This document shows, one piece after another, positions 12,001-23,500 of a stretch of 64,000 nt of DNA; position 1 is the stretch's first letter, and each line of letters opens with the position of its first letter. Origin of the DNA: Macrostomum lignano (Eukaryota); contig NIVC01003685.1 in the NCBI GenBank assembly GCA_002269645.1, forward strand, positions 1-64,000, read 5' to 3'. The notes below the pieces were generated by a model. It was not told the DNA's origin. It saw nothing but the letters and a program-made list of their open reading frames with translations, and ran no database searches. The position numbers were made by a program, and so were the translations under genes.

Positions 12001-15000
12001 CTTCTGATTGCAATCGTGGCTGCACTCGCTGAAAACCTTGCCGTTGGAGCACTTTGGTGCAGCTAAAATCATTCAAGGAGCACATTCAAATGAATTTGTG
12101 ATGCTTTTTTAAATAATGAATAAGCCTGACTTACGGCACAGGTTGCTCTGCCTCCAGTTGATGACGATGCCCTGCTGGGTGCAGGCTCTGGAGTACAGGG
12201 TGGCAGAATTGCACCGCTGCTCGTTGCAGACTGTAGCATTACCGTTCAACAAGCAGGTGCACATGTCCTTCATGCACATCGACTCGTAGACGCTGCTGTT
12301 AACGCGGCTATGGCAGGCGGAAAAAGTTGAGCTGCCGGATCGCAGGATTGAGCAGAGACTCTGCGCGGACTCAAGCAGCGAAGTCGACTTCGATCGCAGC
12401 CGAGCGCACGGGTGCTGCGCATCGGCTGGCACAGACGGGTAGACGTTCTTGTCATCGGGAGACTCGTCTCGCCAGGCCTTGGCAAAGTCGACCACGTGGG
12501 TCAGCGGCTTGTTCATCAGGTCGGTGAAATCGTTGGCCGCCTTGCCGTCGAATCGGCCGCACAGACCGCAGACTGTCCGCGACATGGTCTTCGGGGCGTA
12601 GACGTTGATGTTGCGGTCGCCGTCGTAGGTTATTGCCAGATCTGCAGGCAAATCCGGCAAATGATTTGTGAGCTGAAGCAAATGATTGTTGAGCAAATTG
12701 AGCAAATAAAATTCATAAAGCAGAGCTCACCATCGAGACCCCGGACGGTGATGTGGTTGGCGGTGTTGGACACCGACACGATGCCGGCAATGGTAGGCAA
12801 GGTGACGGGCTTCTCGTTGACGAACACGCTGCCACCAGGCATGATTTCAACCTTGGCCGGGCCGGCGACAATCTTCAGCGACACCTGGCAGCGAGTCTGG
12901 GCGGCGTCGGCGCAGTTCCGGCTGCCGTTGAAGTACACCTGGTACTTGGCCTCGCTGTTGACGCAGTCCTGCAGCAGAACGTAGGAGCCGTGCGCCGGGA
13001 AGTCGAAGTACTTTCCATCGAATGTCAGGAAATGCTTGCCGCCGAAGGCGCTGCAGACGGCGCTATTTCTGTAGCGCGTGTTGTTGACGGCTGAGAGAGG
13101 GAGGGGCGGGGGGTCAGGAGCGTTGCGGATCGCACAGCACCAGCTGCATCGCTCAGTCACACAAGTCTCCAAGTACATGTAAATCAAGCAAACTAGGCCT
13201 CACCTCGAACAGCGACAAAGGCGGTCGAGTCAGACGCGTACAGGGCAGACACTTGACACAGGTCGCCATGGTAACCATCCGGGCAGCGGCACTTGTTGGG
13301 GGCCAGGCAGGTGCCAACTGAGTTGCAGTTGTTCTTGCAGAGAGCTGAATAAAATTTAACAGCGAAATCGATTGCATTTCGCACTCCAATGACAAGGTGA
13401 TAAATGTTAATTCACTGATCAGTAAAATCCCGGTTGTCACTCACGCAGTTCGCACTTGTCACCCTTGTAGCCCAGGTTGCAGACGCAGCGGCCTCTGACG
13501 CACTTGCCGTTGGAGCCGCAGCCGCCAACGCAGACGCTGGACACGGTGGTCGCCACGCTCTGGCACTGCTCGCCGTCGAAGCCGGCAGCGCAGCGACACG
13601 TGTTCGGCGCTACGCAAATGCCGCCGTTGGCGCACTCCTTGGCGCACACGGCTGCGAAATCGGTTGGGTCGACGATAAGTTGAAGCTTCGAGACTATTGG
13701 AGTGACTTCACTCTAACCCCATTCTGAATCATTCTACCAATAGTCAGCGTAATTGAGTGACTTCACACATCACTTTATACCACCGATCCATACTAACACT
13801 ATTCTGTATGGAGTGACTTCACAGGAACCGGATACTGAGCTCTATTGACCCCAACCAATGTACATTTATCCATACTGCGCCATTCTAGTCCCAAATCAAC
13901 ATTCGGAGTGACTTCACACTTCTACCCTAATGAAAACCATTCCCTAGCTAGAGAGTGACTTCACACCTCTACACCCTATGCAAAACCATTCATTAACTAT
14001 CAAGAGTGACTTCATAACTCTACACCTTATGCAAAACCATTCTCTAACTATTGAGAGTGACTTCACACCTCTACACCCTATACAAAACCATTCCTTAAGT
14101 AGAGAGTGACTTCACACCTCTACTCTACGCAAAATAATTTCCTAATCCTAACTACAGAGTGACTTCACACCTCTACACCCTATGCAAGACCATTCCCTAA
14201 CTACAGAGTGACTTCACACCTCTACACCCTATGCAAGACCATTCCCTAACTACAGAGTGACTTCACACCTCTACACCCTATGCAAAACGATTCCCTAAAT
14301 AATGAGAGACTTCACACCTCTACACCCTATGCAAAACCATTCATTAACTATCCAGAGTGACTTCACACCTCTACACCTTATGCAAAACCATTCTCCAACT
14401 ATTGAGAGTGACTTCACACCTCTAAACCCTATACAAAACCATTCCATAACTAGAGAGTGACTTCACACCTCTACTCTACGCAAAATAATTTCCTAATCCT
14501 AACTACAGAGTGACTTCACACCTCTACACCCTATGCAAGACCATTACCTAACAACAGAGTGACTTCACACCTCTACACCCTATGCAAGACCATTCCCTAA
14601 CTACAGAGTGACTTCACACCTCTACACCCTATGCAAGACCATTCCCTAACTACAGAGTGACTTCACACCTCTACACCCTATGCAAGACCATTCCCTAACT
14701 ACAGAGTGACTTCACACCACAGCCAAGCACTCACGCTTGTTGCAGGTGGCGCCGCTCCAACCAGAACTGCAGTTGCAGGAGTTGGGCGCCACGCACATGC
14801 CGTTGTCGCACTTTGGACTGCAGACGGCCTCTGAGCAGCTGGAGCCGATCCAGCCTGAGCAGCAGGTGCGGTATTTGCTGCGGAAGTGGGGCGGAGACCA
14901 GGTGAGAGGCTTTAGGGTGAATTTAGTTTATTGACGGATTTCGACACTTTTCGACACTAGTAACGACACAAAATAATAGACTAGATTGCTAATCTACCCA

Positions 15001-16838
15001 ACTTCACGAATGATGTACAAGCAGTAGAATGGATTGCTAATCTAGCCAACTTCGTGAATAATGTGTATGCAGTAGAGTGGATTGCTAATCTAGCCAACTT
15101 CGTGAATAATGTGTATGCAGTAGATTGGATTGCTAATCTAGCCAACTTCGTGAATAATGTGTATGCAGTAGATTGGATTCCTAATCTAGCCAACTTCGTG
15201 AATAATGTGTATGCAGTAGAGTGGATTGCTAATCTAGCCAACTTCACGAATGATGTACATGTCAATAGAATGGATTGCTAATCTAGCCAACTTCGTGAAT
15301 AATGTGTATGCAGTAGAGTGGATTGCTAATCTAGCCAACTTCACGAATGATGTACATGTCAATAGAATGGATTGCTAATCTAGCCAACTTCGTGAATAAT
15401 GTGTATGCAGTAGAGTGGATTGCTAATCTAGCCAACTTCGTGAATAATGTGTATGCAGTAGATTGGATTGCTAATCTAGCCAACTTCGTGAATAATGTGT
15501 ATGCAGTAGATTGGATTCCTAATCTAGCCAACTTCGTGAATAATGTGTATGCAGTAGAGTGGATTGCTAATCTAGCCAACTTCACGAATGATGTACATGT
15601 CAATAGAATGGATTGCTAATCTAGCCAACTTCGTGAATAATGTGTATGCAGTAGAGTGGATTGCTAATCTAGCCAACTTCACGAATGATGTACATGTCAA
15701 TAGAATGGATTGCTAATCTAGCCAACTTCGTGAATAATGTGTATGCAGTAGAGTGGATTGCTAATCTAGCCAACTTCGTGAATAATGTGTATGCAGTAGA
15801 TTGGATTCCTAATCTAGCCAACTTCACGAATGATGTACATGTTAATAGAATGGATTGCTAATCTAGCCAACTTCGTGAATAATGTGTATGCAGTAGAGTG
15901 GATTGCTAATCTAGCCAACTTCACGAATGATGTACATGTCAATAGAATGGATTGCTAATCTAGCCAACTTCGTGAATAATGTGTATGCAGTAGAATGGAT
16001 TGCTAATCTACCCAACTTCACGAATGATGTGCATGCAGTAGAGTGGATTGCTAATCTAGCCAACTTCACGAATGATGTACATGTCAATAGAATGGATTGC
16101 TAATCTAGCCAACTTCACGAATGATGTGCATGCAGTAGAGTGGATTGCTAATCTAGCCAACTTCGTGAATAATGTGTATGCAGTAGAGTGGATTGCAAAT
16201 CTAGCCAACTTTACGAATGATGTACATGTAGTAGAATGGATTGCTAATCTAGCCAACTTCGTGAATAATGTGTATGCAGTAGAGTGGATTCCTAATCTAG
16301 CCAACTTCACGAATGATGTACATGCAGTAGAATGGATTGCTAATCTACCCAACTTCACGAATGATGTACATGTCAATAGAATGGATTGCTAATCTAGCCA
16401 ACTTCATGAATTATTGAAATACAGTAGAATGAATTGCCATGAACAATCATTTAGAAATAATATAATCTATTGCATATTTGTCTTCTACACTGGAAACACA
16501 AATTAATCATAAGGGAACAAGAGAGCTGACTTACATTTGCACCTGACAGTTGACCCCATCGCTGTGGGTCTTGAGCACAACGTAGCCTTTCTCTTTGGCA
16601 TCAGAGCACTTTACGTAGTCCTCTGTTCGAGTGCTGTTGCAAAAGTGATTTTTGCTGCTGCTCATGCTGCCCGAGGCGGTTGCCACGGCGGAGCAGTACC
16701 TGCGAATATTAATATCGGGAGTTGGTGAGCTTCCTGCAATATGGCACTGTGGAGGTAAAATTATTGGCTTCATCTCGAAGGCACTTACAGCAGTACAGCC
16801 GACAGCAGCACAGCGGCTGGGTACCTGCCGGGTCCCAT
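1..16838 (-). CDS. Giant secreted gel-forming mucin-like glycoprotein (hemolectin/SCO-spondin/vWF family); multi-exon, 3' end beyond the left edge
   Basis: Phase-consistent GT-AG exons (minus strand): 16838-16789, 16699-16535, 14877-14735, 13651-13445, 13344-13204, 13090-12731, 12641-12135, 12062-9573, 9479-9144, 9067-8664, 7978-6167, 6085-5927, 5845-5696, 5606-5307, 5219-4863, 4763-4247, 4169-787, 697-<1. The N-terminus MGPGRYPAAVLLSAVLLYCSAVATA looks like a signal peptide. EMI-like segment (...KYRTCCSGWIGSSC), EGF repeats, three vWD domains (CSAFGGKHFLTFDGKYFDF; CTVSGDPTYRTFDGRHFSF; CRVWGDPHYETFDGRYYDF, with VCGLCGNFN-type motifs), C8/TIL modules, an LDLa-like unit (RCDGNRECMYGDDEQC), Thr-rich tracts and repeated discoidin-like domains. 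Apparent 1-nt frameshifts occur in the last exon (below 700). Confidence 0.9.
13700..14718. repeat. ~49-bp minisatellite (about 20 units) with GAGTGACTTCAC core, mucin intron 3
   Basis: Unit gagtgacttcacacctctacaccctatgcaagaccattccctaactaca. Units at the left end are degenerate. A ~351-bp higher-order duplication is visible (marker tactctacgcaaaataatttcc at 14121 and 14472). Confidence 0.95.
14984..16410. repeat. 48/50-bp minisatellite, mucin intron 2
   Basis: Tandem tggattgctaatctagccaacttcgtgaataatgtgtatgcagtagag, alternating with a cacgaatgatgtacatgtcaatagaa variant. Confidence 0.95.
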
Positions 16839-17049
16839 CAGCAGCTGTCTTGATTGCAGTTGCTTCCTGAAAGTAAACTGGCACAGGATATACCTGATAA
16901 CAGCAGTGCACTGCGACAGGCTTCTACGAGGAATAATCGGCAGAGTTTCTTATGAACACGTCAGCTCCCAGACTCTGTTGCTGGGCAGAAGCAAAATAGT
17001 CTAGTAGGCAGCCGAGGGATTCGACGGAACCTCCTGAGTCGGCGGGGGG

Positions 17050-17059
17050 TTTTATAAAA
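17050..17059 (-). promoter_or_regulatory. Candidate TATA box of the mucin gene
   Basis: TATAAAA on the minus strand (within palindromic TTTTATAAAA) about 215 bp upstream of the inferred ATG at 16838. The TSS is not known. Confidence 0.35.
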
Positions 17060-17422
17060 TTTTGTCCGACTCAGGCGGCGGAAACCCGATCGCCGAAGCG
17101 GAGTCGAGGAGGGGGTGGTGGCCGCGGAGGCGACTGTTGCCTTCAGCAAAGCTCACGGTGGACAGGCTTGGAGACAAGAGTAAGCGCTCCATACCTTAGC
17201 AGCGTGAGCGAAATTCTATCCCAGAACACTTTGGTCAGCAGCAAGTTTAGGAGTGACATGTGTTTGCCAGATGTTGGACTCGATCGCCCTCTCGATTCTC
17301 AACCCCCCATTTCTTTCTTTCTTTCTCTCTCTTCACAATTGATCTCCATTTTTTCGGTTTTCAATTTTTTCCTCGCATAACTATTGCGTCAATGACGGCT
17401 TCCGCGATGAGTGATCCCTCAA

Positions 17423-17456
<34 letters not shown>

Positions 17457-17700
17457 TGATTATTGAATTTCGTCTAGTTCAGCAGATCGACAAACTCTGT
17501 GTGGAGTTAAAGCAGACTTTTCAGCAATTTTTGGCGTCTCCTATTTCTTAATTTTTCCGTAGTTTGATCGAACAAAAGTCTGCGCGCGATCGAAGCTCTA
17601 TTGCAATACAGCTTGATCTGAGCAATCCATGCATAGACTTTCTTCTCAGTAGCTCTTATGTTTAAAGTCGCATGTAAGATTTGCTTGTTTGATGCTTTAT

Positions 17701-18000
17701 AATAATATAACAATAATAATAATTTATTACAACTGCCTCAATTAGACCAGATGTTATGCAACCGACAGCTCAGCCGCAGCTATTGCGTGGCGCATCTGAA
17801 GTCTGCGTACGGCTGTTCAGTCGAAGGACTGGGGGGGGGGGGGGTCGCCACACACAGCATCAATTACCCCAGCTCATGCTGGCACCCATTTTACAGCTGG
17901 GTGAACTGAAGCAATGCATAGTTAATTGTTCCCGTGGGATCGGGAATCGAACCCCCGACCTTCAAGTCGTGAGTCCGACTAACAACTAGGCTACAACTCC
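17701..18000 (-). mobile_element. tRNA-derived CORE-SINE
   Basis: The minus strand starts GGAGTTGTAGCCTAGTTGTTAG (A-box-like) ... GGTTCGATTCCC (B-box). Next comes GCTTCAGTTCACCCAGCTGTAAAATGGGTGCC, resembling the CORE motif of MIR-type SINEs (CCTCAGTTTCCTCATCTGTAAAATGGG), then an (ATT)n-like tail. Confidence 0.7.
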
Positions 18001-19270
18001 TATTGTTTGCAATATGCAACTTGCACGTGTCACGTCTCAGGACTTAACCTCAAGCAATGTATGGATCTCATTCTGTCATAAATTTATAATTTTTACTAAG
18101 TTCAATCAATGAGGTTGCTCAGCGCCTTGGCCGAACAAGTTTTTCCTGTTTTTTTCAATGGAATTTTGCTGACGGGAGCAGCTTTCATTTCTGTAGCTAT
18201 TTTTAGCAACAGGTTTCGAGCAAAACAGCGAATAGAAAAAATGTGATCTTTCCTCGGAGGGTAATTTGATAACAACTGGGCGGGGGTCTAACTTGTTCTT
18301 GCGATCCCCAATTTTTGTTTGTTCGCTGGCTTAAACGCAGTATTTTTACAAAAACATACTTCACATGGATTTTCCCATTTTTGTGCTTTATACTTACAAC
18401 TTGTAGCTAGTTCAAAAGGTTTTTTAACAATGAAACGATTTTGGGGTTCGGTGGTTTTATAATTTTTTAGTTTTTCTTTAGAGAGTTAATAGTTTCGAAG
18501 GTATTCCTCCCTAATTTAATATATAATTAGGAATCTAAGATAATTTCAGTATAGCATTATACTGAATTGTTTAGCATTTGCTCACCCCAGATATTTACCC
18601 AAATTTAAAGACGAACAAAATAACATATTTAACACCATCACGATAAAGACCAACAGCAAAGTACTTGGTGGAATCCAGTTACCATGGAGAGAATTAAATC
18701 AATGCCTTTTATTGGTCTAAACATTATTCGTGGAGTAAATTATTCAAAAGGCCGATCGATTTTTTATGCCGAGTTTTAATGCGTTGTCAAGAATTTTATG
18801 TCCTTGATGCGCTTTTAAGAAGCCAATTTGCCAATTGCTGACGCCTGCCAAGTCCATGTGTATGGGATGGGCTGATATGTACATGTATGTTGGCCGCATT
18901 CGCATGGATTTAAGAGCTGAGGTCAAGCAAGCAACGTTGTGTTAATGTTGATCGAAGAGTTGCAAGGAAGATACAATGAACCTTACCGATCCTGTATGTG
19001 AGCTGACTACATCAACAAGACCTTGGAATTAGCTGTACACATTTCTCTCCACACGGCTTGCAGCACTGAATCAACTCTATCAAAATACACAATGCAAATT
19101 GGGGGGGGGGTTTCCCACATAACTAAAGTATTCTAAGCTACGATCGTCACTCAGTCAGGAATTTACGTCTATGGCCCAACCTGTCTTTGTTCTGTTGGCT
19201 TTCAACTTTGGCTGTGTCTGTTTTATAACAAGCAAGCATAGTTCAGACACGGATATTGACTAAGTGGAAG

Positions 19271-19537
19271 ATGTCAATATTAGCCACCATCGAGTACAAT
19301 GGTCGCAGCTCGCAGAGAGCGCAGCCGAGCCACCTCAGACTGGAACTGCTGCTGCAAGACTCCGTGTCCGAGGTGAAGTCCAAGATCCATCGCGCTCTCT
19401 CCGTACCAGCCAACCTGATGCGACTATTCTGCGGCAACTTCGAACTGCAGGACACGGATTCGCTGCTGAACTATTACAGCTACACAAACCAGGATGTGGA
19501 AGGACGGCGATGCCTTACTCTGCAGCTGGTCATGTGA
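19271..19537 (+). CDS. Small intronless ubiquitin-like domain protein (88 aa, no C-terminal di-Gly)
   Basis: MSILATIEYNG...LELLLQDSVSEVKSKIHRALSVPANLMRLFCGNFELQDTDSLLNYY aligns by eye to ubiquitin [45 protein letters not shown]. It is a GC-rich island in an AT-rich flank, with AATAAA near 19729. Confidence 0.75.
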   Translation: MSILATIEYNGRSSQRAQPSHLRLELLLQDSVSEVKSKIHRALSVPANLMRLFCGNFELQDTDSLLNYYSYTNQDVEGRRCLTLQLVM

Positions 19538-20179
19538 CTTAGCAGCAACTGGTAGCACTACGATTTCTAATGTAAATGTACCTATCCAGCAGTATTATCC
19601 AACAGCATTTCTGGAGCTGGTTGCAGCCTACGTAAAAGAAGAGGACGCTGACTGTTGTTTGAACTTTTTAGTAAGTTTATGCCTAAAATTGACAGAGAAG
19701 ACCATCAAATATTAAACAGTAACCGCCAATAAATACCTAATTGTTTATTAATTGTTTTGCAATTCACACTCGTAAGGGCCAAACCACCCCACCCTTCATT
19801 AGAAAGTCATCAGTGCCACTGTACACTCAATGTGAGCGTTTGTATGAGTGAATACCTGTGTACAGTAAGTATCCACAGATTAACACCCATGGTCAATTCT
19901 TAAAAATAGACTTGGAACTACGATACTCGAAGGCACCCTAAACCTTTGGGCGAAATTGAATTGAACACATACACTTCTACGAATGCTTTTTGCAACAAAA
20001 TTGCAAAATTATATAATTATGAAAATGATCATCAGCCACTGGTAATAACTGATTGCAGCCGACACTGAATGCAACATTTGAGTTTATTAAATGAGTCGTA
20101 AAACGCAAGCTGAATCACTGGAACCAACTGATTTTTAGTGTTTTCAATGCAAAACTGCTTCACAACTGATCAAACGCTG

Positions 20180-20375
20180 TCAGTCGCTGAGCGAGAAAAA
20201 TGCGTTGCAGAATTTCTGGGCAGCCGCGACGGAGTGGGCGGCCACGGGCGGCTGGGCTCGCAGATCGCGCATTGCCGGCTTCACGTCAGAGTAGTGCTGC
20301 GGGGTAGGGTGGGGACTGCTGATGCTGGGGTGGACTGACAGACAGACAGACAGACAGATAGACAGACAGACAGAC

Positions 20376-20410
<35 letters not shown>

Positions 20411-20413
20411 AAC

Positions 20414-20466
<53 letters not shown>

Positions 20467-20469
20467 AAC

Positions 20470-20539
<70 letters not shown>

Positions 20540-23500
20540 GGACACTAAGGCAGACAGCCAGACATACATACAGACATCAGAGAGACAGACAGACAGAAAC
20601 ACAGACAGAGACCACAACCAGAGGGCAGCAGGTCAGAGGCCTAACCGAGACCCTATTACACTTCCGTCCAGAGGTGCTCTGAGCGCCTGACAGTCGGGCT
20701 AGCAGACATGGAAAGCCTGTCGGCCCAGCTGCCAGGCGCCATCAGCCACTCGATGGTGGCAGCAGAACAGTCAAGTGAGTTGCAGTCTGTACGAAAGTAT
20801 GACAGGGCCTCGACAGCCGGTTATGTTTCAAAAGGCATCCATTGGGGCCAGGCAAAGTCAGTGCAATATATGAAATTAACACGTCACATAAATTCTAGGC
20901 AACAGAAAAAAATAAATTAAAATTACATGTCTACTTGAAGCAGTATTTTTTTGAATATTGAACTTGAAAGTGTGCTGCATTTAAGGATAAGGATATAGAT
21001 TATGGATTACAGAACATTGAAGTTATAACTTTGACTGCCCATAAATTCTCTAGTTGAAAAAAAAGGATTTATATATAAAAGTCCCCATAATAGATTCCAG
21101 ATCCCTGCAAGATTACAAGATCCCTACAAGATCTCAGATCCCTACAAGATCCCAAATCCCTATAAGATACCAGATCCCCACAATATCGCAGACCCCTACA
21201 AGACGCCAGGTCCTTACAAGACGCCAGATCCTTACAAGATGCCAGATCCCTACAAGACGCCAGATCCCTACAAGACGCCAGATCCTTACAAGATGCCAGA
21301 TCGTTACAAGATGCCAGATCCCTACAAGACGCCAGATCCTTACAAGATGCCAGATCCTTACAAGATGCCAGATCCTTACAAGATGCCAGATCCCTACAAG
21401 ACGCCAGATCCCTACAAGACGCCAGATCCCTACAAGACGCCAGATCCTTACAAGATGCCAGATCGTTACAAGATGCCAGATCCCTACAAGACGCCAGATC
21501 CTTACAAGATGCCAGATCCTTACAAGATGCCAGATCCTTACAAGATGCCAGATCCCTACAAGACGCCAGATCCCTACAAGACGCCAGATCCCTACAAGAC
21601 GCCAGATCCCTACAAGACGCCAGATCCCTACAAAATCCCAGATCCCTACAAGATCCCAGATCCCTACAAGATCCCAGCTGGCAACTGGGCTCACCATGGT
21701 CAGACAGGCCAGTGACCGCTCGTACACCAGCCTGCGTAGGTGTCGCTCATTCGCTTCCTCGTCCCCGCTACCCGAGCAGGCCTCGTCGCTGGGAATTCCG
21801 CCGCCCTCGGCGCCCCAGACGGCGCAGCGCAGGAGGCAGGCGACCAGCAGGCGCAGCTCCTGCCGCGCCTTCTCCAGCCGGTCCAGCTTGGCGTCCAGCT
21901 CGTCTCGGGTCGGCGTGTCCTCGTCTACTAGCATGGCGGCCGGGCCCGACTGTCGGGTGATGGTGGATGGGGATATTTTCTATTTCAATATGACAGTATT
22001 ATAGTATGAGAATTCTGATCCCAATGGGTTTGGGGATTTTGATCTTGATTTCAAGTTCCCATTCCCAAGTAATTATTGGATTAAGGGTGCATGTGGCTGT
22101 CTCAGCGTACTGCAGGGCGCACTGGGGTCAGTGAGACGCAGAGCAGCATAGAAAAAGTCAGCCCAGCTTCCTCAGCTTCATCTGCCACAGTTAGGGAACG
22201 CCTCAGACAGCCAATTTAACAATGCAAGCTGCCTAGGAGCTGTCCGTGGACCACATGGAATCTCATTCAATACACTAGCTACTCACACTACTGCAGCTCA
22301 GTAGTATCTGAGACTGTGAGCGATCTGAGCCCCAGCCCCACTAGCTACTCACACTACTGCAGCTCAGTAGTATCTGAGACTGTGAGCGATCTGAGCCCCA
22401 GCCCCAGCCCCACTAGCTACTCACACTACTGCAGCTCAGTAGTATCTGAGACTGTGAGCGATCTGAGCCCCAGCCCCACTAGCTACTCACACTACTGCAG
22501 CTCAGTAGTATCTGAGACTGTGAGCGATCTAAGCCCCAGCCCCACTAGCTACTCACACTACTGCAGCTCAGTAGTATCTGAGACTGTGAGCGATCTGAGC
22601 CCCAGCCCCAGCCCCACTAGCTACTCACACTACTGCAGCTCAGTAGTATCTGAAACTGTGAGCGATCTGAGCCCCAGCCCCACTAGCTACTCACACTACT
22701 GCAGCTCAGTAGTATCTGAGACTGTGAGCGATCTGAGCCCCAGCCCCAGCCCCACTAGCTACTCACACTACTGCAGCTCAGTAGTATCTGAGACTGTGAG
22801 CGATCTGAGCCCCAGCCCCACTAGCTACTCACACTACTGCAGCTCAGTAGTATCTGAGACTGTGAGCGATCTGAGCCCCAGCCCCAGCCCCACTAGCTAC
22901 TCACACTACTGCAGCTCAGTAGTATCTGAGACTGTGAGCGATCTGAGCCCCAGCCCCACTAGCTACTCACACTACTGCAGCTCAGTAGTATCTGAGACTG
23001 TGAGCGATCTAAGCCCCAGCCCCACTAGCTACTCACACTACTGCAGCTCAGTAGTATCTGAGACTGTGAGCGATCTGAGCCCCAGCCCCAGCCCCACTAG
23101 CTACTCACACTACTGCAGCTCAGTAGTATCTGAGACTGTGAGCGATCTGAGCCCCAGCCCCACTAGCTACTCACACTACTGCAGCTCAGTAGTATCTGAG
23201 ACGCTGTGAGCCCCGCAGCGGACAGCCGCAGACACGCAGGCAGCGAGTCTCTGAGGCAAAAATGCCGCACAGGGCCGCCAACCGTCTGCCACAGAAGGAA
23301 AGCCTCGCTCGGCCACTGGGCGGAGCTGCTGCTGCCGCGGTGCCGGCCAGGGGCAAAATGTGGCCCATCATGCTGTACGAGTATTTGAAAACACAAAGGA
23401 TCCCATACTAGTCGCTGTTCTGTGCTAAGAGTCTGAGACATCTATATTAGGAACGAATCCTCTAGAAATTAATCCGAATAAACTCTAGAGCTATGGGCAA

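Noticed and set aside
13700-14718. CRISPR-like look (conserved short repeat with variable spacers)
   Set aside because: Eukaryotic intron, 12-nt core too short, spacers homologous to each other, no cas genes. The same applies to all other arrays.
1-16838. Identification as a named flatworm adhesive protein (ap1/ap2) or a specific vertebrate MUC gene
   Set aside because: No Lys/Arg-rich core, C-type lectin or TSP1 arrays are seen, and orthology cannot be assigned without searches.
16531-16911. 126-aa ORF as an independent gene
   Set aside because: Only 16699-16535 is coding (mucin exon 2). The upstream part is intron plus exon 1 in another frame.
17930-18000. tRNA gene
   Set aside because: A and B boxes are present, but there is no convincing cloverleaf and it continues into a CORE motif, so it is a SINE head.
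21054-23209. Repetitive ORFs ([26 protein letters not shown]) and similar at 26089, 28853, 51551-52270, 52889 and 60151
   Set aside because: They arise from intronic minisatellites with unit lengths divisible by 3, lying between well-supported splice sites.
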